Positions 1 to 9,727 of a stretch of 64,000 bases of DNA are shown here, one piece after another. The translations under genes and the position numbers were made by a program. The stretch lies in contig JAZNAU010000009.1 in NCBI GenBank assembly GCA_045586685.1, forward strand, positions 38,635-102,634, given 5' to 3'. How positions within the stretch are numbered: the stretch's first letter is position 1; the number at the start of each line of letters is the position of its first letter. Source of the stretch: Clostridia bacterium (GTDB lineage: Bacteria; Bacillota; Clostridia; HGM11514). The notes beneath the pieces are model-generated. The model saw only the letters and a list, made by a program, of their open reading frames with translations, had not been told where the DNA came from and ran no database searches.

Positions 1-832
1 TACAAGCGGAAAAGAGGATATTGCCGCAGAAGTGGAAACAGAGGCAAATCCAAAGGGTCGTGTGATGGACCTGATTTTGCCGGTTATCGTTTTGGTTATC
101 ATGTCTATCGTGGGTCTGATTTATGTGGGCGGTTTCTTTGCCGGAGATGACTTTATCACCGCCTTTGGTAACACTGATGCAACGGTAGGGTTGCCTTGGG
201 GTTCCATTGTTGCATTGATTGTCACTATTATTTATCTGATGGCAAGAAGAGTCATTACCTTCAAAGAAGCTATGGAATGTATTCCCAAGGGTTTTAACGC
301 CATGGTTCCCGCCATTCTCATTTTGACCTTTGCAACCGCTCTTAAGAACATGACAGGACTGTTAGGTGCTGCAGAATTTGTTGAACTGCTAATGGATTCT
401 GCCGCTGCAGGATTGGCAAACTTCTTGCCTGCTATTATCTTCCTGGTTGCTTGCGGACTGTCCTTCTCCACCGGTACTTCCTGGGGAACCTTCGGTATTC
501 TGATTCCTATCGTTACCGCAATTTTCGACCCTACAAGCGAACTGCTGATTATCGGCGTATCAGCATGTCTGGCTGGTGCCGTATGCGGTGACCACTGCTC
601 TCCTATTTCAGACACAACCATTATGTCCTCTGCAGGAAGCCAATCAAACCACATCAACCATGTTTCCACTCAGCTGCCTTATGCCATTACAGTAGCATTG
701 ATTTCCTTTGTTGTTTACTTACTGGCAGCACTGGTACAAAATGCATTCGTACTGTTGCCTGTGGGTATTATTCTGACACTGGTTACACTCTTTGTCATCA
801 AACAGGTAAGCGGTAAAAAATCAGTCGAATAA
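1..832 (+). CDS. Na+/H+ antiporter NhaC-family membrane protein, 5'-truncated by window edge
   Basis: Multi-TM protein with FSTGTSWGTFGIL and GDHCSPISDTTIMSS motifs typical of the NhaC family; frame appears open from the window start. Confidence 0.85.
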   Translation, partial: TSGKEDIAAEVETEANPKGRVMDLILPVIVLVIMSIVGLIYVGGFFAGDDFITAFGNTDATVGLPWGSIVALIVTIIYLMARRVITFKEAMECIPKGFNAMVPAILILTFATALKNMTGLLGAAEFVELLMDSAAAGLANFLPAIIFLVACGLSFSTGTSWGTFGILIPIVTAIFDPTSELLIIGVSACLAGAVCGDHCSPISDTTIMSSAGSQSNHINHVSTQLPYAITVALISFVVYLLAALVQNAFVLLPVGIILTLVTLFVIKQVSGKKSVE

Positions 833-840
833 TCTTTCAT

Positions 841-879
841 AAAAAACCACTCCGAAGAGTATCTTCGGAGTGATTTTTA
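841..879. terminator. Bidirectional intrinsic terminator
   Basis: CACTCCGAAGA-gta-TCTTCGGAGTG stem flanked by A and T runs between convergent genes. Confidence 0.85.
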
Positions 880-893
880 TATAACCTATTGAT

Positions 894-2240
894 TTATGCA
901 AGTCCCATTACTTTCAGCACGATATAGATAACAAACAATGCAACGGATACCCACATAACACCGCTGATTTCCTTAACCTTGCCAATGATGAGCTTCAAGA
1001 TAACCCATGCCAGCATACCAAACATAATACCATTTGCAATGGAATAGGTCAGAGGCATCATAACGATTGCCAGGAATGCACCGATAGTATCAGCAGCATC
1101 ACCGTTGAAGTCAACCTTCTTTACAGAAGAAAGCATCAAAAGACCAACATACAGCATTGCAGGAGTGGTAGCAAAACCGGGAATTGCTGTGAAAACAGGA
1201 GCCAGAACCAAGGATACAAAGAACAGCAAGCCTGTTACAACAGATGCAAGCCCTGTTTTACCGCCGGCTGCAACACCTGCGCTGGATTCAACATAGCTTG
1301 TAACAGTAGAAGTACCTAAAACAGCACCAACAGTAGTACCTACAGCATCAGCCATCAAAGCACCGCCTGCATTAGGCAGTTTTCCTTCTTCATCCAATAA
1401 ATCGCCTTTTTCTGCAACACCGATTAAGGTACCAACGGTATCAAAAATATCGGTGTATAAGAAAGTGAACATAATCAAAAGGAAAGCGGGCAGATTCTTT
1501 GCAATAAATCCAAAATCAAACTCACAGAACAAGGGAGCTTTAAAAGCGTCCAAGCTGAAGCTTGGGATAACAGAATAAACACCTGCTTCAATATCAACTA
1601 CATACCAACCAACTAATTCTGCAACAATACCAAAAATCCAGGTAATGATGATACCCAGCAAAATACTTCCGGGAACCTTGAAATGATCCAAAACACCGAT
1701 AATCAGCAAACCAGCCAGTGCCAATACAACACCGGGAGATGCCAGATCTCCTAATGCAACAGTAGTTGCAGGGTCAGCCACCACAATTTTGGCATTGATC
1801 AATGCAATAATGGTGATAAACAGTCCAATTCCGGCTGTGATACCAAATTTCAGGTTGTTAGGGATGGTGTTCACCAGAGCTTCACGGAACTTGAACAGGG
1901 AAAGTATCATGAAAATAATACCTTCAAATAAAATTGCCGTTAACGCTACCTGATAAGAGTAGCCCATTGCACCGCATACGGTAAAAGCAAAAAACGCATT
2001 CAGACCCATACCGGAAGCCAAAGCTACAGGATAGTTGGCAAAGAATGCCATGCACAGTGTTGCGATCCCTGCGGAGATTGCAGTTGCAGAAAACGCAGCA
2101 CCTCTATTGATGCCCGCAATTTCCATGTAATTGGGATTTACCGCTAAGATATACGCCATTGCAAGGAATGTGGTAATACCCGCGATAATCTCCGTGCGAA
2201 CGCTACTGCCGCGTTCTTTGATTTTAAAAAACTTTTCCAT
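894..2240 (-). CDS. NCS2/AzgA-family purine (guanine/hypoxanthine) permease
   Basis: EIIAGITTFLAMAYIL, GMGLNAFF, FDTVGTL and YVESSAGV motifs; start moved to ATG 2240 (MEKFF) after GAGGAG RBS. Confidence 0.9.
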   Translation of the reverse strand: MEKFFKIKERGSSVRTEIIAGITTFLAMAYILAVNPNYMEIAGINRGAAFSATAISAGIATLCMAFFANYPVALASGMGLNAFFAFTVCGAMGYSYQVALTAILFEGIIFMILSLFKFREALVNTIPNNLKFGITAGIGLFITIIALINAKIVVADPATTVALGDLASPGVVLALAGLLIIGVLDHFKVPGSILLGIIITWIFGIVAELVGWYVVDIEAGVYSVIPSFSLDAFKAPLFCEFDFGFIAKNLPAFLLIMFTFLYTDIFDTVGTLIGVAEKGDLLDEEGKLPNAGGALMADAVGTTVGAVLGTSTVTSYVESSAGVAAGGKTGLASVVTGLLFFVSLVLAPVFTAIPGFATTPAMLYVGLLMLSSVKKVDFNGDAADTIGAFLAIVMMPLTYSIANGIMFGMLAWVILKLIIGKVKEISGVMWVSVALFVIYIVLKVMGLA

Positions 2241-2379
2241 AGAGATTTCACTCCTCAATAAAATATTTTTACACTTTAATTTTACAATATTTTCCCTTCT
2301 TTTGCAAGTTATTTCGAGAATTTTTGACATTTTGGCACTTTGAACAAGAAATGTATTTTTCATTTGTAAAATATGCCGT

Positions 2380-2406
2380 AAAAAAAGAGCCAAACGATTG
2401 GCTCCT
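2380..2406 (-). terminator. Intrinsic terminator after tsaA
   Basis: GAGCCA-n6-TGGCTC followed by a T run on the minus strand. Confidence 0.7.
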
Positions 2407-2426
2407 TCAAGTTCTATGTTGTTCCG

Positions 2427-3077
2427 CTAAAGCACACTTTTTACGGTTGCAACTCCTTGCTCCACTGTAAATTTCACGGTGAATGTACCAAATGTAAAAG
2501 AATAAATTCTATGAGGATCGTCCTGATAAGAAGGCCTAGGGTCTTGCTCCAGTACCTTTGTCAGTGCCACTCTTTGCTCAGAAGTCAATTCTCCTGTCTC
2601 TTCAAAAACAACAGTCAGACGATACTCCCGTACGTCTTCTGCAAATCCGCCTTTGGCATTGGGATAGCTGTCTGCAAAGGACAGATAAGGTTTGATGTCA
2701 TAAATGGGTGTTCCGCTCATCAAATCCGCTCCCCGTACAGTAAGCACTCCCCTTTCAATTTTCTCCAACCGAACCGCTGATAGTCCCAATCCATTTGGAC
2801 GGAAAGGAGAACGGGTGGCAAACACGCCCATCCGCTTGTTCCCGCCAAGTCTGGGGGGACGCACCGTGGGTGACCAGCCCTTTGATTGGGAAAATCCCCA
2901 AATCAGCCAAACGTGAGAAAATTCCTCTAATCCCCGAAATGCCTCCTCTCTGTCAAATTCAGGCTCTATTATAATTCTGGAGGTTAGCTCGTCAATCAAT
3001 CCGCTTTGTCTGGGCAAGCCGAACTTTTCCGGAAAATCATTTTCAATTTTTGCAATGACCTGTAATTTCATGTTCAT
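2427..3077 (-). CDS. tsaA: tRNA (t6A37) N6-methyltransferase TrmO/TsaA
   Basis: VRPPRLGGN-GVFATRSPFRPN and GTPIYDIKPY motifs; ATG 3077 overlaps the xth stop (ATGA). Confidence 0.9.
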   Translation of the reverse strand: MNMKLQVIAKIENDFPEKFGLPRQSGLIDELTSRIIIEPEFDREEAFRGLEEFSHVWLIWGFSQSKGWSPTVRPPRLGGNKRMGVFATRSPFRPNGLGLSAVRLEKIERGVLTVRGADLMSGTPIYDIKPYLSFADSYPNAKGGFAEDVREYRLTVVFEETGELTSEQRVALTKVLEQDPRPSYQDDPHRIYSFTFGTFTVKFTVEQGVATVKSVL

Positions 3078-3835
3078 AACGTTCCTTTTATACTTAATTC
3101 CACCGGACAATGGTCCGACCCGAAAATTTCTGTATGAATGGATGCAGAAGATAATCTGTTTTCCAATGTTTCGGAAATGAGAAAATAATCAATCCGCCAT
3201 CCTGCATTTTTCTCTCTGGCTTTGAATCGGTAAGACCACCAGGAATACATTCCTTCCTTGTGGGGATAAAAATACCGATAGGTGTCAATAAAACCGCTGT
3301 TCAATAACCGACTCATTTTCTCCCGTTCCTGATCGGTAAAGCCCGGGTTGTTTCGATTTGTTTTTGGGTTTTTTAAATCAATTTCTTTATGTGCTACATT
3401 CAAATCTCCGCATAAAATCACGGGTTTTTTCTTCTCTAAGCCTTTCAGATAAAGAAAGAGGTCATCCTCCCACTTCATCCGATAATCCAATCGTTTCAAT
3501 TCATTTTGTGAATTGGGGGTATAGCAAGTTACCACAAAAAATTCCTCAAATTCTGCAGTAATGACCCGACCTTCCCCATCGTGTTCTTCAATTCCTATCC
3601 CATAACAAACAGAGATGGGTTTTGTTTTACAAAAAAGCGCTGTACCAGAATAGCCTTTTTTTTCTGCAAAATTCCAGTATATGTGATATTGGGGTAAAAA
3701 AAGCTCCGCCTGTCCCTCCTGCATCTTTGTTTCCTGTACACAAAACACATCGGCATCCAAGAAATTTACAATATCCTCAAATCCTTTTCCCAAACAGGCA
3801 CGCAACCCGTTTACATTCCAAGAAATCAATTTCAA
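3074..3835 (-). CDS. xth: Exodeoxyribonuclease III (AP endonuclease)
   Basis: ISWNVNG, QETK, GDLNVAH, WWSYR, RIDY and SDHCP motifs; TTG start at 3835 after GAGGTGA. Confidence 0.95.
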   Translation of the reverse strand: MKLISWNVNGLRACLGKGFEDIVNFLDADVFCVQETKMQEGQAELFLPQYHIYWNFAEKKGYSGTALFCKTKPISVCYGIGIEEHDGEGRVITAEFEEFFVVTCYTPNSQNELKRLDYRMKWEDDLFLYLKGLEKKKPVILCGDLNVAHKEIDLKNPKTNRNNPGFTDQEREKMSRLLNSGFIDTYRYFYPHKEGMYSWWSYRFKAREKNAGWRIDYFLISETLENRLSSASIHTEIFGSDHCPVELSIKGTL

Positions 3836-3845
3836 CCATATCACC

Positions 3846-4160
3846 TCATTGCGCTTCTTCATCCAACGCTTCAATATAAAAGCTTACAGGTCTGAATCCG
3901 TCATTACAGGAAATCATGGCAGATTTTCTGTCCTTCATCCAACCCTCATAAATGTTTTCCCCTCCATGAGAAAGGGTCATGACAAATGCAGACATACTCT
4001 CCCACGCACTGTCACATAAACCCTCCGGTTTTTTCCAGCCGTTTGCAATAAAAACCTGTCCCTCTTTCAAATCACAAGCATGTGCAATGGGATTTTCGTA
4101 TTTGTCAATTAAATCATCATACCGTGCCACTTTCATAACAGTGATTCTGCATTTTTTCAT
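3846..4160 (-). CDS. TIGR04076-family small protein
   Basis: KPEGLCDSAW and SCNDGFRPVSF motifs. Confidence 0.8.
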   Translation of the reverse strand: MKKCRITVMKVARYDDLIDKYENPIAHACDLKEGQVFIANGWKKPEGLCDSAWESMSAFVMTLSHGGENIYEGWMKDRKSAMISCNDGFRPVSFYIEALDEEAQ

Positions 4161-4711
4161 CTTATCCTAATCTCCTTCAATTGATTTCTGCACAGCTTCC
4201 AATCAGGACAAACCTTTTCCAATTCTTCGTAAAACTTACTTGAATGATTCCCGTGCAAAAAGTGGGTAAATTCATGCAACACCACATACTCTATACATTC
4301 TTTCGGTGCATACATCAAATTTATATTAAAAGTCAGAATCCCTTTTGCCGGATGACAACTCCCCCAACGAGACACCATTTTACGAAATTTTATCTGGGGA
4401 TATTTGATGCCAAGACATTGGTAATAAGGATATGCTCTCTGGCAAAGTGCAAGAATAATATCTTGTATTTCCTCCTCTTCAAAATACTTCTTTTGGGGTT
4501 TCTCTGAATTATTCTCATTTCGTTCTAGTACTTTCAGAATAAATTCCGCCTTAGACAATACAAATGCATCAATGAACTGTTCAGAAACGCTTTGATTTGC
4601 TGATACATGAACTGTTCCGTCAGACTTAATGCGAAGATTGATATTTTTGACTTTTTTTATCTGAAAGTCATATTGAATGACTCGATTTTGAAACACTACT
4701 GCTTTTTTCAT
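4157..4711 (-). CDS. YgjP/DUF45-like M48/SprT metal-dependent hydrolase
   Basis: RWGSC, YVVLHEFTH and NHSSKFY motifs. Confidence 0.85.
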   Translation of the reverse strand: MKKAVVFQNRVIQYDFQIKKVKNINLRIKSDGTVHVSANQSVSEQFIDAFVLSKAEFILKVLERNENNSEKPQKKYFEEEEIQDIILALCQRAYPYYQCLGIKYPQIKFRKMVSRWGSCHPAKGILTFNINLMYAPKECIEYVVLHEFTHFLHGNHSSKFYEELEKVCPDWKLCRNQLKEIRIR

Positions 4712-4764
4712 AATTTCCAAAACCCTTATCTTGTCCCATCATATTTTAAAAGTCTCTGATGTTT

Positions 4765-4793
4765 ATTATATCACAGGATGACGGATAGGTCAA
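4765..4793 (-). promoter_or_regulatory. Sigma-A promoter of the ygjP-like/xth/tsaA operon
   Basis: TTGACC-17-TATAAT with extended TG. Confidence 0.65.
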
Positions 4794-4940
4794 TATTTTA
4801 AAGACTACGCTCGTATACTCCCCATAGCCTCTGCTTCTTTTTGATTTAAAAGAACCTATTTTTATGTTTCCATTTTCTTATCATCTTTCTTTCACGCTTT
4901 TCTTCATCGTATATCCAAGTCTTTCACACCTATCCAACGA

Positions 4941-4983
4941 TAAAATAAAAAGAAATGAGTCCGGTACAATACCGAACTCATTT
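4941..4983 (-). terminator. Intrinsic terminator after the SBP gene
   Basis: AAATGAGT.CGGTA-ttg-TACCG.ACTCATTT followed by a T-rich tail. Confidence 0.7.
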
Positions 4984-5011
4984 ACATAAAAGACAATAAA
5001 TTTAATAGTTC

Positions 5012-6442
5012 TTATTTTTGTGTTGCCTTCCACTCAGCATACTGACGTTCAATTTCGTCTTTTACGATCTGAGCACCAGCAAGCTCTCTCTTATCCCAAT
5101 GTTTCTGGTAGGTTCCTTCGATATCCTCTACCACACCTCTTTTTAATCCGGTGGTATACTCTGTTACAGAATTCAAATTTGTAATTTCTGTTTCTACAGG
5201 AGCAGTATCAAATACAAAACCAACATTTTCATCAACCGGTGCTTCTCTGTTCAGACGGTCTGTTTCTTCCCATACGCCTTCTTCATAGCCGGGCATTAAG
5301 TAAGCAAGCAACTGATTTCCGATTCTGAATTCAGGAATATGATAACCATTTCCTTCGGTAGGTGTAATTCTGTTTCCGTCCTTGGTGTAGTTTACACCCT
5401 CAATTCCGTAAGCCAACAGGTTAAACAGATATTGGTCGGTGGTTACCAGTTCCAAAAGTTTTAATGCACGAACAGGATTTTTTGATACACGGTTGATAGC
5501 AGTCAATGCACTTTGCATTTCATTTCTTCTTAAAATCATGTCACTGGTAGGTACTGCAATAACATCCCAATCATAGGAAATTGCGTGTTTTGCTTCTGCA
5601 CCGGGCAAATGACGGTTATAACGAGAGAACAGTTTTCCTGCCTTCAAATAAGGATTTTCATCAAATACAACGTCCTGAGTAGTAATTGCTTTTTCATACC
5701 AACGTCTTGCAACGTAATATTGAGGTAACAGTTCTTCCCGTCTGTCGGTTACTTCACCGTCTACAATACAGAAACCGCCCTTGACAGGAGTCATGTTTAC
5801 ATCAAACTGGTTGAGTGTCATGCCGCTAATCATCTGCATACCAGGTTCGTTTGGTTTAACTACGTCATAGATTGCTTCCATATCTTCGTAAGAAGAAATT
5901 GATTTTACTTCATCTACCAGATCATATTTTTCAACTTCGTCCTTTTTAAACCATAAACCGCACTGGTGATACATAACCTGATACATGGGAACTGCAAAAA
6001 TCTGGTCATTTAATGTTAATGCATCCCAATACATTTCGTCAAAATAGTCATAAAGTTCGGGAGTTTCGGTTTTCAGAATTTCTGACAAATCATAATAAGC
6101 ACCCTTAAGAGCGTTGCCTTCATACGGATTCTGCCAGTTGGATGTGAACATCAAATCCCAAGAATCATCCTGAGCTGCCATCATCATGCTTGTTTTTTGA
6201 CCAAAATCACCAGGTTGGATAAACTGAATTTCCAAGGTTGCATTGATTTTTTCCAGCAAATACTTATTTACTTCTTCGATTACTTCATCGTATCCCGCCG
6301 GTTCGTCCAGAGCGATAGCCCATACCAGGTTTACCTGTTTGCTCATATCGTCCTGACTTGCTGTTTGCTTTGTTTCTCCGCAGGCACAAACGGAAAGTGC
6401 CAGCAGTGCTGCCATTGCCATGGCTAACATTCTTTTTACCAT
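5012..6442 (-). CDS. Carbohydrate ABC transporter substrate-binding lipoprotein (DUF3502-type C-terminus)
   Basis: Lipobox-like VCAC; NLLAYGIEGVNY and GFVFDTAPV C-terminal motifs. Confidence 0.85.
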   Translation of the reverse strand: MVKRMLAMAMAALLALSVCACGETKQTASQDDMSKQVNLVWAIALDEPAGYDEVIEEVNKYLLEKINATLEIQFIQPGDFGQKTSMMMAAQDDSWDLMFTSNWQNPYEGNALKGAYYDLSEILKTETPELYDYFDEMYWDALTLNDQIFAVPMYQVMYHQCGLWFKKDEVEKYDLVDEVKSISSYEDMEAIYDVVKPNEPGMQMISGMTLNQFDVNMTPVKGGFCIVDGEVTDRREELLPQYYVARRWYEKAITTQDVVFDENPYLKAGKLFSRYNRHLPGAEAKHAISYDWDVIAVPTSDMILRRNEMQSALTAINRVSKNPVRALKLLELVTTDQYLFNLLAYGIEGVNYTKDGNRITPTEGNGYHIPEFRIGNQLLAYLMPGYEEGVWEETDRLNREAPVDENVGFVFDTAPVETEITNLNSVTEYTTGLKRGVVEDIEGTYQKHWDKRELAGAQIVKDEIERQYAEWKATQK

Positions 6443-6907
6443 TTTTTTCTTCCTCCTTAGATTTTTGGAATTTTACTTCCATGGTTTTATTTTGCTCATA
6501 AGCGCGGATGGTTGCATTGATGATATAAACAGGTGTTAAAAACCCCCATAAATTCTCAACGCCCTTCCCCGTTTGAGTCATGTGATAAATCCCCTTAAGC
6601 CCGGCATATGATAAGCATTGCTTAAGGTAATGCTTTTGGAACTGCATTCATTGCTGTTTTTGTAAGCTGTTACACCAAAACCGCTTCCCCGAATGCAGTA
6701 ACATTGTAATTCTCATAATGATATGTAATTTAAACTGTGTCTATGCCAATGTTATACATATAATCATTGGATGTTGCGTTCGTTTCTTCCTTGACAGATA
6801 AGGGCAATTTCCAACCATTCTGTATGGCAAAATCTCCCATTTTGTCAAGCTGTTTATTCTTTGTTACCACACATCGGATGATGTGTGGCAACAAAGAGAA
6901 AATACAA

Positions 6908-9415
6908 TTAGGAAATATCTGCAATCAATTCGCGAATCATAAATTCGTCATCTGCAGAAATCAGCTCGGTTTCTGCACTGATTACGATCAAGCCTCTGTT
7001 ATCCCAGAACACATTTTTACCAAGGGATTCTGCAATCGCACGCAGAGGAATCACCGTTCTGTCATTTAAGGTCTGAGCAGGAACATCCAATTCGGTTACT
7101 GTTCCGTTCACATTCATTTCCTTGCTGTTAATCTTGAGAGTAATTGTGTTGCTTCCCATGGTAATGGTAACGGTTTCAGTTGCTCCGTCCCAACCTACAT
7201 TTGCACCAAAGGATTCTGCGATGAAACGTACAGGAACTAAAGTTCTGTCATTTAATACCACAGGCTGAACTGCTTCGTTTGCAGGGTCAACCATGGTCTT
7301 ATTTCCCATTGCAATCGCTTTGGGAGAACCAATCAACAGAGTCACCGCTTTTGATTCTACTGTTTCAACTACATCATCCAGCAATCCAATCTTTTCAAAA
7401 GGAATAGGTTCAAAATCAGGCAACTTTGTGAAGATTTCACTGTCTTCTTTCAATGTAAAGTCTTTGTTTTTGTAATCAACAAAGCCCTTGGTATTAGAGA
7501 TGTCAATATTATTTTTAAAGGTACCGTTATCCATTGCCACCTGATCAATTTTATAGCCTGGAGATTTATACTGTACATTGTTACGGATAATGTTACCCAT
7601 GGGTTTTTCGGGGCTGTTTTCCAGAACGTTTGTTAACAAGGGATACTTTTCAGCCCAAATGCCTTCTTTATAAGGAACGTTCATTAAGTTCTGATAAATT
7701 TCGGAACCTTTTCCGGTATCCATCCAGCTCATACCACGGCTGTCCAGACGGAACGCCTGAGCACATTCCAGCATCAGGTTGTTTTCAAAAACATTGTCAC
7801 GTCCGCCGCCCACCAGTGCAATCTGAGAGATCTTATACATAACGTTTCCATATACATGGGTGGAAGAATGCATATCATCCAAGTACACCCCTGCTGCGGT
7901 CATACCGGTGTTGGTATCCATGAGAGTAACATCATGTAAATAGTTATAACGAATTACATTTCCTCTTTGAGTCCAGTCACGGCCGGTATAGATCATACCC
8001 TGGTCAGCAGTATTCTGACAAACAAAGCCGATATCGTTATATTCAATTATGTTGTCATTTCCTCTATAGAAAATAGCTTGTGCTGCACCGTATGCAATCT
8101 TGTTATGAGCAATTCTTGTACCAACGCTCTGGTTAATGTGGATTGCAGTATTAGCTCCATTAGAATCATACAACTGGAACCGTTCAATGGTGTTATTGAT
8201 GATTTCGTTATTACCGGAGGTCAGTGTAATTCTGTCACCGCCCTGAAAATGAATGGCACCGCATCCCAGGTCATGGAAATAGTTACTGCGGATTTCTGTG
8301 TTGGTACCTGTTCCGCGGACTGCAGTATCGGTAATCAAAGAAAATTCACAGTTATTGATACTTACATTGTCTACCTCATTTAATTCAATTCCGTAATTTA
8401 AGTTCTTGGTAAAGTGAATTCCGGAAATGGTAACATTCTTAGCCTTATCAACCTTAATAAAAGGTTTGTCGCTGGTTACCAGTGCAATCTGATTGGAAGA
8501 AGTAATTTCCTTTTCAGAGTACAAATACAGGATTCCATTTTCCCGATCCAAGTACCATTCACCGGGAGCATCCAATTCTTCAAGCAGGTTATAGAAATAA
8601 AAACGCTGATTTTGGGCTACACTGTAGTAAGCCGGAAATTCAGATTTAATAATGTTTTTGTTATCAAAGTCAATTTGAACGACAAAGCTCTGTCTGTGCC
8701 AGTCGTGCATCCAATAACCTTCAACGTAAAATTCGCTGTTAGCAGTCCACTTATTCAGACGGCTATCGGTTGTACGAATCTGAAATCCTTCCAGATTTTT
8801 CAAAGGTGCTGTCATGTTTCGAGGATCAGAACCTTGTTTTATTACTTCATCAATATTCAGATAGCCCTCATTGGGATATCTTGCAATCGTCTGCAATTTG
8901 CCATCTACATACAGCATTGCAGTGTTACTTTCCGCAACTGTCTTTTGAGAACCGTCTTCTAATGTTTCATAGGAAGTATATCCCACTACACCGTAATCGG
9001 TAATGCCATTTGCCTTCAGGTCAGCAGCATAAATTTTATCTTTTGCATTTTTGGTTACAATTCTGTCCAAAATGGCAGTATCGGTTACTTTTTTAAACCA
9101 GCTGCTATCCAGCTCATTTGTACCTGTTACCGCTACTTTTTCGTCGCCATAAGCACGAATGGTAAGTCCGTTATGTTTTTGGGTTAAGGTGACAGTATCT
9201 TTAATCAGATAATTGCCTTCTCTTAAGTAAATAGTCGCTTGCTTTCCTTCTGCCAGTTCAACTGCTTTTGCCAAAGTTGCCAAGGGCGCATCAGCAGAGC
9301 CGACAGCAGAATCACTTCCCGTTGGTGCAACATAATACACTGCATCTGCAGCCAAAACAGGGGCACACAAGGAGGTGATCAATAAAACACATAGTAATAA
9401 TGCTATTTTTTTCAT
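6908..9415 (-). CDS. Secreted right-handed beta-helix glycoside hydrolase (GH141-like) with C-terminal copper-amine-oxidase-N domain
   Basis: Signal peptide; YYVAPTGSD, ARYPN, ELDAPGEWY, DQGMIY and GVYLDD motifs; C-terminal RTLVPVRFIAESFGANVGWD. Confidence 0.75.
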   Translation of the reverse strand: MKKIALLLCVLLITSLCAPVLAADAVYYVAPTGSDSAVGSADAPLATLAKAVELAEGKQATIYLREGNYLIKDTVTLTQKHNGLTIRAYGDEKVAVTGTNELDSSWFKKVTDTAILDRIVTKNAKDKIYAADLKANGITDYGVVGYTSYETLEDGSQKTVAESNTAMLYVDGKLQTIARYPNEGYLNIDEVIKQGSDPRNMTAPLKNLEGFQIRTTDSRLNKWTANSEFYVEGYWMHDWHRQSFVVQIDFDNKNIIKSEFPAYYSVAQNQRFYFYNLLEELDAPGEWYLDRENGILYLYSEKEITSSNQIALVTSDKPFIKVDKAKNVTISGIHFTKNLNYGIELNEVDNVSINNCEFSLITDTAVRGTGTNTEIRSNYFHDLGCGAIHFQGGDRITLTSGNNEIINNTIERFQLYDSNGANTAIHINQSVGTRIAHNKIAYGAAQAIFYRGNDNIIEYNDIGFVCQNTADQGMIYTGRDWTQRGNVIRYNYLHDVTLMDTNTGMTAAGVYLDDMHSSTHVYGNVMYKISQIALVGGGRDNVFENNLMLECAQAFRLDSRGMSWMDTGKGSEIYQNLMNVPYKEGIWAEKYPLLTNVLENSPEKPMGNIIRNNVQYKSPGYKIDQVAMDNGTFKNNIDISNTKGFVDYKNKDFTLKEDSEIFTKLPDFEPIPFEKIGLLDDVVETVESKAVTLLIGSPKAIAMGNKTMVDPANEAVQPVVLNDRTLVPVRFIAESFGANVGWDGATETVTITMGSNTITLKINSKEMNVNGTVTELDVPAQTLNDRTVIPLRAIAESLGKNVFWDNRGLIVISAETELISADDEFMIRELIADIS

Positions 9416-9727
9416 TTTATTTTTCCTCTCTTTCTTCTTTTCTTTCCTTATTTTTTCACCATTTTGAGTTGGAAACCTAAGTCATTTTTTCTGTTGTTTT
9501 TTCGTTTTTTTGCCTTCCTTTCTTTGTAAAATTTATTGTAAAGAGAAAATATGTACCTACCTCTCCAACATACTTTTATTATAATCTTTTTATGCAAAAA
9601 AGACAATACGAAAAATTGATTAAAAAATTATGTTTTTTTGTGATTTCCCTTCCGGAATATTTTTTCAAAAGAGACTTGATTTTTTCATATGAATCATGTA
9701 AAATATAATAAAAGGAAGTGCACAACA

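Noticed and set aside
2241-2380. Purine riboswitch upstream of the NCS2 permease
   Set aside because: The leader is short and AT-rich without the conserved purine aptamer core
6285-6647. 120-aa minus-strand ORF
   Set aside because: Overlaps the SBP start out of frame and has no recognisable domain; kept only as part of the unexplained gap
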